Shown here: in pieces, positions 1 through 10,239 of the stretch | Numbering within the stretch: position 1 is the first letter of the stretch | Layout: each line of letters starts with the position of its first letter | Assembly (NCBI GenBank): GCA_949841325.1 | Contig: CATKZK010000003.1 | Location: 4,643 to 68,642 of the forward strand | DNA length: 64,000 bases | From: an uncultured Bacilli bacterium | Lineage (GTDB): Bacteria; Bacillota_I; Bacilli_A; RF39; UBA660 | Reading direction: 5' to 3' | Made by a program: the position numbers and the translations under genes | The notes under the pieces: generated by a model | Seen by the model: the letters and a program-made list of their open reading frames with translations, nothing else | Databases searched by the model: none | What the model was told of the DNA's origin: nothing

Positions 1-238
1 CCTTTCCCCTATATTGTATATCTGCCTATTTTAAAATACAACTATAAATTGAACATATTTATTAATTATGCGATAATAAATCCAATTGGAGATGAAAATG
101 ATGAGATTAAAAGACGAATATACAGTGTTTAATGATTTTACTATGACTATTTAAAAGCAATTTATGATCGAACCAAAATAGAACCTTATAGAAAATAATG
201 CTGCATTTTTAAGAGATTGTGAGACATCTAGAATTGAT

Positions 239-998
239 TTGCAAACAGCAATTTATAAAAAGTTAATCGATGATACTGAGGAAATCATAATTGATTCTAA
301 AAAATATATTTTACTTTCCATGGGCTTGATAAATCGCAATATTCCTCAAGCTTTTGTAAAAGAAAGTGCTAAAGGAAGTAATCATTATGGTTTAAATTTT
401 CTTATCGGCATTTTTAAGAACGAGCCTTCATTTCAAATCTTTTATTATCCTGATGATTCTAAAGCGCCTTTGAGGGAAAATCTTGAAGAGATATGCGCAT
501 CTTATATTGAACACTATAGAAACGCATTAAATGAAGCTTGGAGTGAGGAAGACTTTTATGCACGACTTGAACAGCTAAAGTATTTATCTGTAAAATATGC
601 GATGGATGTTGAAAATGGAAAACTTTTCGCGGTTGGATTTTTTGGTGCTCTAGTAAAATCTAGGGCGGGAGGAAAAGCTTTAACAGATGCTGAATTATAC
701 GTATTTCCTCAATTTAGGAAATTGGGCATTGCAAAGAAATTAGTCCAATTGTCTTTTTGAATTAGCTCATATGCATGGTATTCAAAATTTTGATTCAGTT
801 ACTTATCGAGTTGGGAATCATGACTCTTTGAATTTTTGGAATAGTGTAGGTGCCACTGTAAGTGGACTTATTCATATTGAAGGGAATATTCCCGATATGA
901 TTGAGACATTAAACAAAGCCCAACCCTTAAAAAATAGGCATAAAGCAAGTGTCAAAATAAAGAAAAATAATTGTATTTTCTTGCCACGTTTTATATAA
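239..998 (+). pseudogene. GNAT-family N-acetyltransferase split by a frameshift in a T-run
   Basis: ORFs 239-760 and 771-998 lie in different frames but read as one GNAT domain. The first ends in the motif-A-like FPQFRKLGIAKKLVQLSF. The second reads GIQNFDSVTYRVGNHDSLNFWNSVG. Deleting one T from the T5 run at 754-758 gives a continuous ..LVQLSFELAHMHGIQNF... TTG start. Confidence 0.6.
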
Positions 999-1027
999 TG
1001 ATGATGAAACTATAAGGAGAAGTAAAT

Positions 1028-3031
1028 ATGAAACTTAGTGAGGAAACAATAAAAAAAGAAAAGAAACGATTAGAAAATACAATAGAAGAGATTGAACATC
1101 AATTAAGTCACTCTGAACATAGCCTTACAGAATCAAATGAAGAATTAAAAAACTTTCAGCGGTTGCGTTGGGAACAAGAACACGAGATGGATCAAGGAGA
1201 GCGTTATAGTTTTGTTCAAGAAAATGATACACGCATTCAAGATTTAGAGGAGAAGACAAAAAAGGTGAGGAATTTATTAAGAATTAAAGATGCACCTTAC
1301 TTTGGTTCCTTTATATTTAATGATGAAGAGATTTATTTAGGAATCACTTCAGTAAAGAAAGAAATGGATTATATTGTTTATGACTGGCGAGCACCTATTT
1401 GTAGTTTGTTTTATGACTATGAATTAGGGCATGCTAAGTATACTTCTCCTGGAGGGTCTGAAGAAGGGGAAATTACACAAAAAAGACAGTATCGTATTGA
1501 AAAAGGGAAATTAAAGCATGTCTTTGACACGAATATCAATATAGATGATGACTTATTACAAGAAGTTTTAGCAGAATCAAGCAATGAAAAAATGAAAAAC
1601 ATTGTAAATACGATTCAAATGGAGCAAAATAGAGTCATTCGTGATGAATCAACAAAAGCTATGATTGTTCAGGGAATTGCGGGATCAGGAAAGACGAGTG
1701 TAGCTCTTCATCGTATTGCCTTTCTTTTATATAAGATTGAGTATTTAACGAGTCAAAATGTCCTTATTTTTTCTCCAAATAATGTCTTTACAGAATATAT
1801 TTCAAATGTCTTACCTGATTTAGGAGAAGAAAATACTTTACAGACGACTTATCATCAATTTGCTTCTTCTTTTATCTCAGAATATGAAAGGGTTGAATCC
1901 TATTCCTCTTTCGTCGAGAGATTTTATAAAGGAGTAAGACAAGATAATGATTTAATTGGTTTTAAATTAAGTGATTCTTCCATTAAATGTATCGAATCTT
2001 ATGCCAAACTTTATACAAAAGCAGCGCGCTTTATTGGTGATTTAGAATACAAAAAGCAAGTGATTCCAATGGATGAATTAAATGAGCTTTTACATATGCG
2101 TTTTGACAAACAACCTCTTTTTGAGCGTGTGGAGTTAATCGCAGAAAAAATCAACAACCGCTATTTTAAAGGAATAAAGGGAGATTATAATAAAATATTG
2201 AGTGCCCTTTATAAAATCGCGAACTTTAAAAAAGATTATATTGCCATTTATAAAAATCTTTTTGAAACACTTTTATTTAAGGAACAGTATCCTCATCCAA
2301 TAAGAAAGAATGAAAATCTTCGTAATTTAAGTGGAAATGTTATTCACTATGAAGATGCCAGTCCTTTTATCTATTTAAAGTGTCTTTTAGAAGGCTTTCC
2401 TTATCAAGTCCATGTTCGTCATGTTGTCATAGATGAAGCACAAGATTATACATATCTTCAATATAAAATCATGAAAAGAATTTTTAAAAATGCAACATTT
2501 ACAATACTTGGAGATATTCATCAAACAGTAAATCCGTATTATCACTATGAAAGCTTACAAGTATTAGAAGGTATTTTTAAAGAAGATCATCAGTATGTTG
2601 AACTTAAAAAGAGTTATCGTTCAAGTCCTGAAATAATCGAGTATGCAAATAAAATATTAGGACTTTCTCATGTCAGCGCCATAAGAAAGAATATAGGAAT
2701 TCCTGTCGTGCATAAAGATATAAGGGATTTAAGACATATTGGTAAAGATATCAAGTATTTGAAGGATAAATATAAAAGTGTAGCGGTTATTACGAAAAGT
2801 ATTGATGAGGCCAAGATTTTAGCAGGAGAGTTAAAGAAAAAATACTCTAAAACAAGTGTTATTGATATTGATACAGAAAAATACAATCGAGAGTTAATTG
2901 TGGCTCCAGCATATGGGGTAAAAGGATTAGAGTTTGACTGTGCTATTATTGTGAATAATTTTTCGGATGATCATTATCTCTATTATGTTGCAGTTACACG
3001 TTGTCAGCATGAATTAATCATCTATGAATAG
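1028..3031 (+). CDS. helD: HelD-type UvrD-like helicase (helicase IV / RNA polymerase recycling ATPase)
   Basis: N-terminal coiled-coil, Walker A GIAGSGKTSVALHRIAFLLY, DEAQD box (VVIDEAQDY), C-terminal GLEFDCAIIV. RBS AAGGAGAAG upstream. Confidence 0.8.
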   Translation: MKLSEETIKKEKKRLENTIEEIEHQLSHSEHSLTESNEELKNFQRLRWEQEHEMDQGERYSFVQENDTRIQDLEEKTKKVRNLLRIKDAPYFGSFIFNDEEIYLGITSVKKEMDYIVYDWRAPICSLFYDYELGHAKYTSPGGSEEGEITQKRQYRIEKGKLKHVFDTNINIDDDLLQEVLAESSNEKMKNIVNTIQMEQNRVIRDESTKAMIVQGIAGSGKTSVALHRIAFLLYKIEYLTSQNVLIFSPNNVFTEYISNVLPDLGEENTLQTTYHQFASSFISEYERVESYSSFVERFYKGVRQDNDLIGFKLSDSSIKCIESYAKLYTKAARFIGDLEYKKQVIPMDELNELLHMRFDKQPLFERVELIAEKINNRYFKGIKGDYNKILSALYKIANFKKDYIAIYKNLFETLLFKEQYPHPIRKNENLRNLSGNVIHYEDASPFIYLKCLLEGFPYQVHVRHVVIDEAQDYTYLQYKIMKRIFKNATFTILGDIHQTVNPYYHYESLQVLEGIFKEDHQYVELKKSYRSSPEIIEYANKILGLSHVSAIRKNIGIPVVHKDIRDLRHIGKDIKYLKDKYKSVAVITKSIDEAKILAGELKKKYSKTSVIDIDTEKYNRELIVAPAYGVKGLEFDCAIIVNNFSDDHYLYYVAVTRCQHELIIYE

Positions 3032-3105
3032 TTGCGAAAAGTCATATTCTTCCCTTGTTTAGCATATCTTTTTTTGATATAATCTTGGATAAGGAGAGTG
3101 ATACT

Positions 3106-3315
3106 ATGGCACACGATATATTATTAGTTGTTATAGGGCTTATCATTGGATTGGTGATTGGTTTCTTTGGGGCAAGACACTTTATGACAAAATATTTTAA
3201 AAAGAATCCTCCAATCAACGAAAAGATGATTGAAACTTTGATGACAAGCATGGGAAGAAAACCGAATAGCAAGCAAATCAAACAAGTAATGGCTCAGATG
3301 AACCGAGTGAAGTAA
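3106..3315 (+). CDS. yneF: YneF/UPF0154-family small membrane protein
   Basis: MAHDILLVVIGLIIGLVIGFFGARHFMTKYFKKNPPINEKMI..MGRKPNSKQIKQVM is the typical UPF0154 pattern. The internal ATG at 3106 follows RBS AAGGAGAG. The track ORF starts at 3055. Confidence 0.7.
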   Translation: MAHDILLVVIGLIIGLVIGFFGARHFMTKYFKKNPPINEKMIETLMTSMGRKPNSKQIKQVMAQMNRVK

Positions 3316-3316
3316 G

Positions 3317-3730
3317 ATGAAAATTGATGTATTTAAACTTAACCAAACAAATCGTGTTCCTGTAGATGAAGTTGTCGAAATACCATCATCTTACTATGAA
3401 CATACGGAAATACGAGAAATAAAGAATTGTCGTATTGTAGGAGAAATTCGTGTAGGCTATGAGGAGGAACTTTATGTCTCCTTACAGGTTAGTGGAGTCT
3501 TCATTTTGCCTTGTGCCATTACATTAGAGGACGTTCCCTATGATTTTTCTACTGAATTTGAAGAAAACATAGGAAATTTTGATGATTTTTATAATAAAAT
3601 GACGAATTCACTTGATATTTTTCCTATAATATGGGAAAATATTATATCGGAAGTCCCTATAAGGGTTGTTAAAGAAGGGGTTAGTGCCTCACACCTTAAT
3701 GGCGAATTTTGGGAAGTTAAGAGTGATTAA
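3317..3730 (+). CDS. YceD/DUF177-family protein (ribosome-associated, upstream of rpmF)
   Basis: Size, acidic composition and the conserved position immediately upstream of rpmF. Confidence 0.65.
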   Translation: MKIDVFKLNQTNRVPVDEVVEIPSSYYEHTEIREIKNCRIVGEIRVGYEEELYVSLQVSGVFILPCAITLEDVPYDFSTEFEENIGNFDDFYNKMTNSLDIFPIIWENIISEVPIRVVKEGVSASHLNGEFWEVKSD

Positions 3731-3747
3731 AAGGAAGGAGTGAAACT

Positions 3748-3933
3748 ATGGCAGTTCCATTTAGAAGAACAAGTAAAACAAAGAAAAGAATGCGTCGTAC
3801 GCATTTAAAGAAAGAATTACCAGGTGTAATTAGTTGCCCTAAATGTGGTGCTCCTATTAAAGCACATAGAGCATGTCCAGAATGTGGAAATTATAAAGGA
3901 AAAGAAGTTATTGTGATGAATAAGGAAGATTAA
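3748..3933 (+). CDS. rpmF: 50S ribosomal protein L32
   Basis: [19 protein letters not shown].. N-terminus and CPKCG..CPECG zinc ribbon. RBS AAGGAAGGAG. Confidence 0.95.
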   Translation: MAVPFRRTSKTKKRMRRTHLKKELPGVISCPKCGAPIKAHRACPECGNYKGKEVIVMNKED

Positions 3934-4016
3934 TTCTTCTTTTTTTCTTGTATAAAAATCTAATTATTTACAACCAATAAAAAAAATTGTATAATGCTTA
4001 TAGGTAGGGTATAGAA

Positions 4017-4373
4017 ATGAAAAAGAATAAACAGATATTAAAACATTGTCCTCATTTTTATAAGATTATTAATTTTGAATACTTTGAAGAAGATGAACTT
4101 TCAAAGAAATTACTCGATGTTTATGAAGAATATGTCTTTCAAGTAGAATTGGAAAATAAGAATGCTGTAATGAAATTAGAGCAATTAGATATTATTTTAA
4201 ATAAATATATCGATGATGATTTCTTTCGTAAAGAAGTAAAAGCTGAAATGAGACGAATAAAAATAAAGAAAGGGGAAGATATATTAAACGCGATAGTGAA
4301 CTGGATTATTCATGTTTTTGATAATTATGAAGTTGGTTATACGCGCAATATATACTTTTCAAGGTGGATATAG
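4017..4373 (+). CDS. hypothetical protein
   Basis: 118-aa ORF, no recognisable motif. Its stop overlaps the start region of the next ORF. Confidence 0.45.
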   Translation: MKKNKQILKHCPHFYKIINFEYFEEDELSKKLLDVYEEYVFQVELENKNAVMKLEQLDIILNKYIDDDFFRKEVKAEMRRIKIKKGEDILNAIVNWIIHVFDNYEVGYTRNIYFSRWI

Positions 4374-5272
4374 TGAATAGTGAAGATTTTTATTATGAAG
4401 AACAAAATCCTAAGAAGATTGCGTTATTTCTTATTGGGCTGTTTGTCGTCTTTCTTTTAGTTGCTTGTGGGTTTATTTATTATCGTAAGATGTATACACT
4501 ACAAGTAAAGTCGAAAATCTATGTGGAAGTCGGGGATACCGTTTCCAAAGATATACGTGATTATGTCAAAAATAAAGTGGTAGATAAAAATGACTATTCT
4601 CTTTATTTAAATGGTGTTGCCATCAGTGATAATGTCTTTGACGTTGTTGGAGAGTATGCATATCGAGTAAAATATAAATCCGTTACAAGAAAGGGAAAAA
4701 TCATTGTACAAGATACAAAAGCGCCTGAAGTAGCGGTTGCCGACTTAAAAGTTGGTGTAGATGAAGAAGTTGATTTAAATGAATTTGTTACAAGTTGTGA
4801 GGATTATTCAAAACCTTGCAGTGTGCATTTAAAAAAAGAAAGGGAAGATTTAACAAGCAAAGCAGGAGAGTTTTCTCTAGAAATTGTTATTGAAGATAAC
4901 TATCAAAATGCGGTAACCAAAAAAGTCACTTTAATTGTAGAAGAGGGATACAGTAGAAAAGAGGCCAGTGAAAATGACTTACAGGTTGATCATCTAGAAA
5001 GTGAACTTGAAAATTATAAGGGAGAGTTATTCATTCGATATACTAAAGCCGTTTCTGAAGTAGATTTAGAAGATGATGAAGAATACCAAGCTTTGGTTGA
5101 CATGGTTACTTCAGATACCACGAATTATTATGAATATATGCCAGATGTTTACAAGTTAAATCGCATTGATGAATTTAACTTAATAAATGTCTACAATAAG
5201 TATAATTATGTCGTAGGGGTTGTTCTTTGGGTAAAACTTGATAATGGAACATCCTTATACTTAACAAAATAG
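4364..5272 (+). CDS. hypothetical membrane-anchored protein
   Basis: One TM segment (IALFLIGLFVVFLLVACGFIYY) then a soluble domain. GTG at 4364 or 4373 follows AAGGTGG. A terminator follows. Confidence 0.6.
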   Translation: MDIVNSEDFYYEEQNPKKIALFLIGLFVVFLLVACGFIYYRKMYTLQVKSKIYVEVGDTVSKDIRDYVKNKVVDKNDYSLYLNGVAISDNVFDVVGEYAYRVKYKSVTRKGKIIVQDTKAPEVAVADLKVGVDEEVDLNEFVTSCEDYSKPCSVHLKKEREDLTSKAGEFSLEIVIEDNYQNAVTKKVTLIVEEGYSRKEASENDLQVDHLESELENYKGELFIRYTKAVSEVDLEDDEEYQALVDMVTSDTTNYYEYMPDVYKLNRIDEFNLINVYNKYNYVVGVVLWVKLDNGTSLYLTK

Positions 5273-5295
5273 AAGAACAGAAATGTTCTTTTTTT
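5273..5295 (+). terminator. intrinsic terminator
   Basis: AAGAACA / TGTTCTT stem, 4-nt loop, then a T-run directly after the stop at 5272. Confidence 0.7.
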
Positions 5296-5355
5296 GTGAT
5301 TTTCTTATTGTAAAACAAAAAAATGTATGCTATTATTATATTGTTCATGTTTTAT

Positions 5356-5432
5356 GGCGAGATAGCTCAGTTGGCTAGAGCAATCGGTTCATACCCGATA
5401 GGTCGAGGGTTCGACCCCCCCTCTCGCTACCA
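5356..5432 (+). tRNA. tRNA-Met (CAT anticodon, elongator type)
   Basis: 77-nt cloverleaf: GGCGAGA acceptor, GCTC/GAGC D stem, ATCGG-TTCATAC-CCGAT anticodon arm, TTCGACC T loop, encoded CCA. The anticodon stem lacks the three G-C pairs of an initiator. tRNA-Ile2 (lysidine) is not excluded. Confidence 0.8.
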
Positions 5433-5442
5433 TGTTGGAAAT

Positions 5443-5465
5443 AACTAGATTGTATCTAGTTTTTT
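5443..5465 (+). terminator. intrinsic terminator after tRNA
   Basis: AACTAGAT tgt ATCTAGTT hairpin followed by TTTTT. Confidence 0.75.
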
Positions 5466-5569
5466 AATTTATAAGAACCAAATATGTCATATAAAAAAGA
5501 AAGGAACTTCTATATTTCCTTTTTTTATGTTAAACTGTATTGGGTGCAAAATTTAGGAGGGAAGTAATT

Positions 5570-7543
5570 ATGAAAAATTTAGACTTTGGTAAAGATAAAA
5601 TAAATAGACTTATTATGTTTTTTTCAATCCCCTGTGTAATAAGTATGCTTATTAATTCTGTTTATAATATTGTTGACCAAATATTTATTGGTAAAGGAGT
5701 AGGAACTTTAGGAAATGCAGCGACTAATGTTATATTTCCATTAATCATAATTTTTAACGCTGTTGCAGGTTTAATAGGTAATGGTGCTGCGGCCAATCTT
5801 TCGTTAAGATTAGGAGAGAATAATAAAAAGGAAGCTAGTCAAAGTATTGGTAATGCCATTACTTTAACCTTAATTGTTTCGATCCTATTGTCGGTATTTG
5901 CTTATATTGCGTTACCTAAGTTGGTATATTTATTTGGATGTACAGATAGTGTTTATCAATATGCTGTAGATTATGGAAGAATAATCATTGTAGGGGCACC
6001 ATTTATGTTATTCTATTCCTCGATTTCAAGCATTATTAGAGCAGATGGGTCCCCCGCCTATTCGATGCTCATGTTGGTTGTTGGTGCTATCATAAATATC
6101 ATTTTAGATCCCGTATTTATATTTGTTTTTAATATGGGAGTTAAAGGTGGAGCATTAGCCACTGTTATTGGACAAGTCGTATCATTTATTATTGCATTAT
6201 GTTATATCAAAAGGATAAAGTCTGTTAAGTTATCTTTAGATGATTATAAATTAAATAAGGGCACATTTAAGGTATTGGCATTAGGTTTATCTTCATTTAT
6301 TACGCAAAGTATTATTTTGGTATTATTTGTATTCATGAATAATATTTTGACGTATTTGGGTTCATTATCTAAATTTGGTGCTGATATTCCACTATCAGTT
6401 TATGGAGTAATTTCAAAGATTAATAGTTTGTTTATATCTACTGTTTTAGGTATATCTATTGGGGCTCAACCGATAATTGGATTTAACTATGGTGCAGGCA
6501 ATTTAGAAAGAGTAAAGGAGACATTAAAGAGAATAATTGTTATTAATTTTATCATTGGACTGGTATTTAATGTTTTATTTATTGCCTTTCCAGAACAAAT
6601 CGCTGGAATCTTCATTAGTGCAAATGATGAGAGTTATAGTTTATTCATGGAATTTGCAGTACTTATGTGTCATTCATTTATGCTTCTTTTATGTTTAAAT
6701 TCATTTGAAATGACAACTAGTATATCGATTCAATCATTAGGCAATGTCAAGAAATCAACTCTTATCACATTCATAAGACAAATCATTTTGTTTATTCCTA
6801 TATCTCTTATATTGGCCTTTCCAAGTGGCTTTGGAATTAAAGGAGTTTTATATGCAGGAGCAGTAGCTGATGTATTATGCTTTGTAATCACTATTTTCAT
6901 ATTTAGATCTGAATATGTTAAGTTAGGTAAGTCAATCACTACCAAAGAAGAGTCATCAATTGATGAAATAAATAATAAGGAATATAAGGATGCTTTTGAT
7001 AAAGTTATTACAATATCCCGTGAGTATGGTAGTGGTGGAAGATATGTAGCTAATTTGCTTGCAGAAAAGTTAGGTATCCCATGTTATGATGCTGAATTGA
7101 TTAGACTTACAGCTAAGGAATCGGGATTTACTAAGGAATTTGTTGAAAAAAGTGATCAAACTAGAAAAAGTTATTATGAGAATGATAATCGAATATTTAA
7201 TGCAGAAAGTAAAGTAATAAAAAAAGTAGCAGAACATCCATGTATTATCGTTGGTCGTTGTGCAGATTACATCTTAAGAGATAGAAAAAATGTTGTTAAT
7301 ATTTTCTTATATAGTGATGATCAATCAAAGATTAAAAGAGCTGTTAAGTATTACAATATTCCGAAAAAGGATGCTTTGAAAAAAATAAAAAATATTAATA
7401 AGGATAGAGCAAAACATTATAAGTTCTATAGTAACAGGGAGTGGAAATCATTAGATAACTATGATTTACTTGTTAATGTTGATAAATATGGTGTTGAAGA
7501 ATGCAGTCAATTTTTAGAGAAGTATTTAAGAGGAAGTAAATAA
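5570..7543 (+). CDS. MATE-family efflux transporter fused to a C-terminal cytidylate-kinase-like (P-loop) domain
   Basis: About 450 aa of 12-TM MATE-like sequence (VYNIVDQIFIGKGVG.., GFNYGAGN), then ITISREYGSGGRYVANLLAEKLGIPCYDAELI.., the signature start of the cytidylate kinase-like family. ATG 5570 follows AGGAGGG. Confidence 0.75.
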   Translation: MKNLDFGKDKINRLIMFFSIPCVISMLINSVYNIVDQIFIGKGVGTLGNAATNVIFPLIIIFNAVAGLIGNGAAANLSLRLGENNKKEASQSIGNAITLTLIVSILLSVFAYIALPKLVYLFGCTDSVYQYAVDYGRIIIVGAPFMLFYSSISSIIRADGSPAYSMLMLVVGAIINIILDPVFIFVFNMGVKGGALATVIGQVVSFIIALCYIKRIKSVKLSLDDYKLNKGTFKVLALGLSSFITQSIILVLFVFMNNILTYLGSLSKFGADIPLSVYGVISKINSLFISTVLGISIGAQPIIGFNYGAGNLERVKETLKRIIVINFIIGLVFNVLFIAFPEQIAGIFISANDESYSLFMEFAVLMCHSFMLLLCLNSFEMTTSISIQSLGNVKKSTLITFIRQIILFIPISLILAFPSGFGIKGVLYAGAVADVLCFVITIFIFRSEYVKLGKSITTKEESSIDEINNKEYKDAFDKVITISREYGSGGRYVANLLAEKLGIPCYDAELIRLTAKESGFTKEFVEKSDQTRKSYYENDNRIFNAESKVIKKVAEHPCIIVGRCADYILRDRKNVVNIFLYSDDQSKIKRAVKYYNIPKKDALKKIKNINKDRAKHYKFYSNREWKSLDNYDLLVNVDKYGVEECSQFLEKYLRGSK

Positions 7544-7813
7544 TAGGTAATATAACTCGAATAATGTAGTTTGGTACCATAAAAGTGTAAGGAGTAGATC
7601 TTGTAGTTAGATTGAAAATTATACTTTTTTCTTTATGACAAATGTCTTTTAATATTCATCACGATGTTGAAATTCAGCAGAATTAAATAAGTTTTTATGA
7701 TAATATTGTGGTATACTAAAGAAGAAGTATATTGAATTAGCTACTTGGTAGGTCTTGAAATGTAAAGTAGGTCTTTGATAGCATGATAAGCCAAGTTTAT
7801 AAAGGAGCAATTT

Positions 7814-8206
7814 ATGAAGAAAAAGATGACAGGAATAATTATAATCATTGTTTTAGTATTAGGTATAGGAGCCTGTGTTTTATATAAAATCATTGAAAAA
7901 AGTGTTATGGATAGAGAAACATTTAATTTTAAAAACGCTACAAATGGTTCTAATGATACAGTAAGCCATGATGAACATTCCTTTTATGGGAAAATACTTG
8001 AAGTATTTCCATCTTATATTATTGTTGAACCGAACGAAACAGAAGAAGAGAGAAAGAGTTCTGATAAGTTTCATATAGAATTGAAAAATGATAACACCAT
8101 TTATAAAGTTGGTACTAATGTGAAAATAACTTATATTGGATTTGTTAAGGAAAGTTATCCAGCTCAAATTGGAGCAACTAAAATAGAAATAGTATCAGAA
8201 AATTAA
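7814..8206 (+). CDS. membrane-anchored small protein (DUF3221/YobA-like beta domain possible)
   Basis: N-terminal TM/signal anchor then FYGKILEVFPSYIIVEP..VGTNVKITY..ESYPAQI. RBS AAAGGAG. Confidence 0.5.
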   Translation: MKKKMTGIIIIIVLVLGIGACVLYKIIEKSVMDRETFNFKNATNGSNDTVSHDEHSFYGKILEVFPSYIIVEPNETEEERKSSDKFHIELKNDNTIYKVGTNVKITYIGFVKESYPAQIGATKIEIVSEN

Positions 8207-8294
8207 ATTACGATTTTTAAAGAGAAACTTACTGATGGCAATGACTACTTTGTAGTATCAAAAATTTAAAGCAATTTAAAAGGGAGATGAAGGA

Positions 8295-8717
8295 ATGCTG
8301 GATTTTAAGAAAATAGAAGATTTTATTGATAAACAAAAAGTTAGTTTTATATGTTCTATTGATGATAGAAATTATCCTAATATAAAAGCAATGTTAAAAC
8401 CCAGAAAAAGAATAGGTCTAAAAGAATTTTATTTTTCTACTAACACTTCATCTAAGAGAGTAAATCAATATAAAAATAATCAAAATGCCAGTATTTACTT
8501 TTATCATAAAGGACTAATTAAGTATGTTGGAATTATGTTAAAAGGTAAAATGGAAGTCTTAACAGATCAAGAAACTAAAAATATGATTTGGGAAAAAGGA
8601 GATACAATGTTTTATAAAAAAGGTGTAACAGATCCAGATTATTGTGTTTTAAAATTTACTGCTACAAGCGGTAGATATTATTGTGATTTAAAAACAGAAG
8701 ATTTTGATATTACGTAA
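8295..8717 (+). CDS. pyridoxamine 5'-phosphate oxidase-family (general stress protein 26-like) protein
   Basis: 140 aa with PNIKAMLKPRKR..FYFSTNTSSKRV..NASIYFY pattern. RBS AAGGGAGATGAAGG. Confidence 0.55.
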   Translation: MLDFKKIEDFIDKQKVSFICSIDDRNYPNIKAMLKPRKRIGLKEFYFSTNTSSKRVNQYKNNQNASIYFYHKGLIKYVGIMLKGKMEVLTDQETKNMIWEKGDTMFYKKGVTDPDYCVLKFTATSGRYYCDLKTEDFDIT

Positions 8718-8856
8718 TTCTAAATTAAAATTTTTAGTTCATTTATATACTCTAGAAGGTGCAATAACTGATACAGACTTTAATAAACTATCAGAAGAAA
8801 CTAAAAAAGATTTAAAAGAAATAACAAATTACAGTTTGAAAAGGAGAACAGGATTT

Positions 8857-9213
8857 ATGGCAAGGGTAGTAAAAAACAAAGAATTAGTGAGAACAAGATT
8901 GGCAACGAATTATGGAGGATGGATGTATTGTGATATGTGCAATGAAAATATCGGTTATTTATGTTATGCAACTTATGATAGCTTGGAATTAAAGTATAAA
9001 TGTAATTGTGGAAATCAAGGAAGTGCACGATTAGATTTTGAAGATAGTAAAATAGGGCAAGACTGTAGAGATGAATTAGTTACTATAAAAAATAGATTTT
9101 GTTGTCCAAAAGATAACGAACCATTAATTACAATATTAGATAAAAAAGTTGCAAGTTATGAAATGAAAATCACTTGTAAGTCTTGTGAAAGTATTTATAA
9201 AAAAATGAAATAA
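8857..9213 (+). CDS. cysteine-rich (multi CxxC) hypothetical protein
   Basis: CDMC..CNCG..CCPKD..CKSC motifs. ATG 8857 follows AAAGGAGA. The track ORF begins at 8704. Confidence 0.5.
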   Translation: MARVVKNKELVRTRLATNYGGWMYCDMCNENIGYLCYATYDSLELKYKCNCGNQGSARLDFEDSKIGQDCRDELVTIKNRFCCPKDNEPLITILDKKVASYEMKITCKSCESIYKKMK

Positions 9214-9444
9214 ATCAGAGGGTGATAATAAGTGAAATTATAAAAAGGATTTATTAAATAAAAAAAGATTTTAGTATACTTTTTATGGTAAACTTAATAT
9301 GTTTAAATTGTGGAGCTGTTGTGAAATCATATGTTTCCAATCCTCAGGGGTTAATCATAGACAAATCAAAGAGGCAAAAAAGGAAGAAAACTAAATAATT
9401 TGTAAACTCAACTTCTAGTTCGTGTTCTTTTTTTGGGATTTATT

Positions 9445-9456
9445 ATATCATGATAT
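9445..9456. promoter_or_regulatory. perfect 12-bp palindrome ATATCATGATAT upstream of an XRE regulator gene (possible operator)
   Basis: Self-complementary 12-mer located 23 bp upstream of ATG 9479. Confidence 0.3.
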
Positions 9457-9478
9457 CATGAAAGGAGAAAAAAACTAT

Positions 9479-10087
9479 ATGGATCAAATTAAAATAGGGA
9501 AATTTATAAGTTTCATGAGAAAAGAAAAGAATATGACTCAAAGTGAATTAGCAGAAAAACTAAATATAACGGATCGAGCAATTTCAAAATGGGAAAATGG
9601 CGTTTGTTTACCTGATGCTAATAATATTCCTGATTTATGTAAAATACTCGATATCACTATAAATGATCTATTTAGTGGTGAAGTGGTAGATATGAAAGAC
9701 AATGAAAAAAAACTTGAAAAAAATTTACTCGAGATAACAAGAATGAAAGAGCAAAGAGATAAAGAATTACTATCATTGGAGATATTTATTGGAGTTATGA
9801 TATCTATTATTATGCTTGCTTGTATATTTGTTGCATCATTTGTCCCTATGCAAGATTGGCTGAGAATTGTCTTGATTGTTGTTGGTATTATTCCCTTTGC
9901 AATTGGAATTTTCTACGCAATAAGAATAGAACAAATTGCTGGATATTATGAATGTTCTTGCTGTCATTACAAATATATGCCGACTTATAGAAGTGTTTTG
10001 TTTTCGATGCATATTAATAGAACGAGAAAATTGCAATGTCCAAAATGTAGTAAAAAAACGTGGCACAAAAAAGTAATAACGAAATAA
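9479..10087 (+). CDS. membrane-tethered XRE-family HTH regulator with C-terminal zinc ribbon
   Basis: MTQSELAEKLNITDRAISKWENG HTH, two TM helices, CSCC..CPKC. RBS AAAGGAGA. Confidence 0.7.
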   Translation: MDQIKIGKFISFMRKEKNMTQSELAEKLNITDRAISKWENGVCLPDANNIPDLCKILDITINDLFSGEVVDMKDNEKKLEKNLLEITRMKEQRDKELLSLEIFIGVMISIIMLACIFVASFVPMQDWLRIVLIVVGIIPFAIGIFYAIRIEQIAGYYECSCCHYKYMPTYRSVLFSMHINRTRKLQCPKCSKKTWHKKVITK

Positions 10088-10239
10088 TGGTTTTAAGAAT
10101 GGAACAAAGCGAAATTGATTTAATATTTTAGGCAATGAATTAAATCATACTTTATAACTTCTGGAATGTTAATACGCATTGCTTGTGGCAATGGGCTATT
10201 CTTCATATAATGGTTTATAAAGAAAGGAGTTGTTCTAAA

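Noticed and set aside
1-238. Short ORF fragments upstream of the GNAT pseudogene
   Set aside because: There are only very short reading frames (for example a 17-codon ATG ORF), and the window edge prevents interpretation.
9285-9398. 37-aa Cys-containing ORF (MVNLICLNCGAVVKSY..) in the 9.2-9.4 kb gap
   Set aside because: It has no Shine-Dalgarno sequence and no supporting context, and may be a gene remnant.
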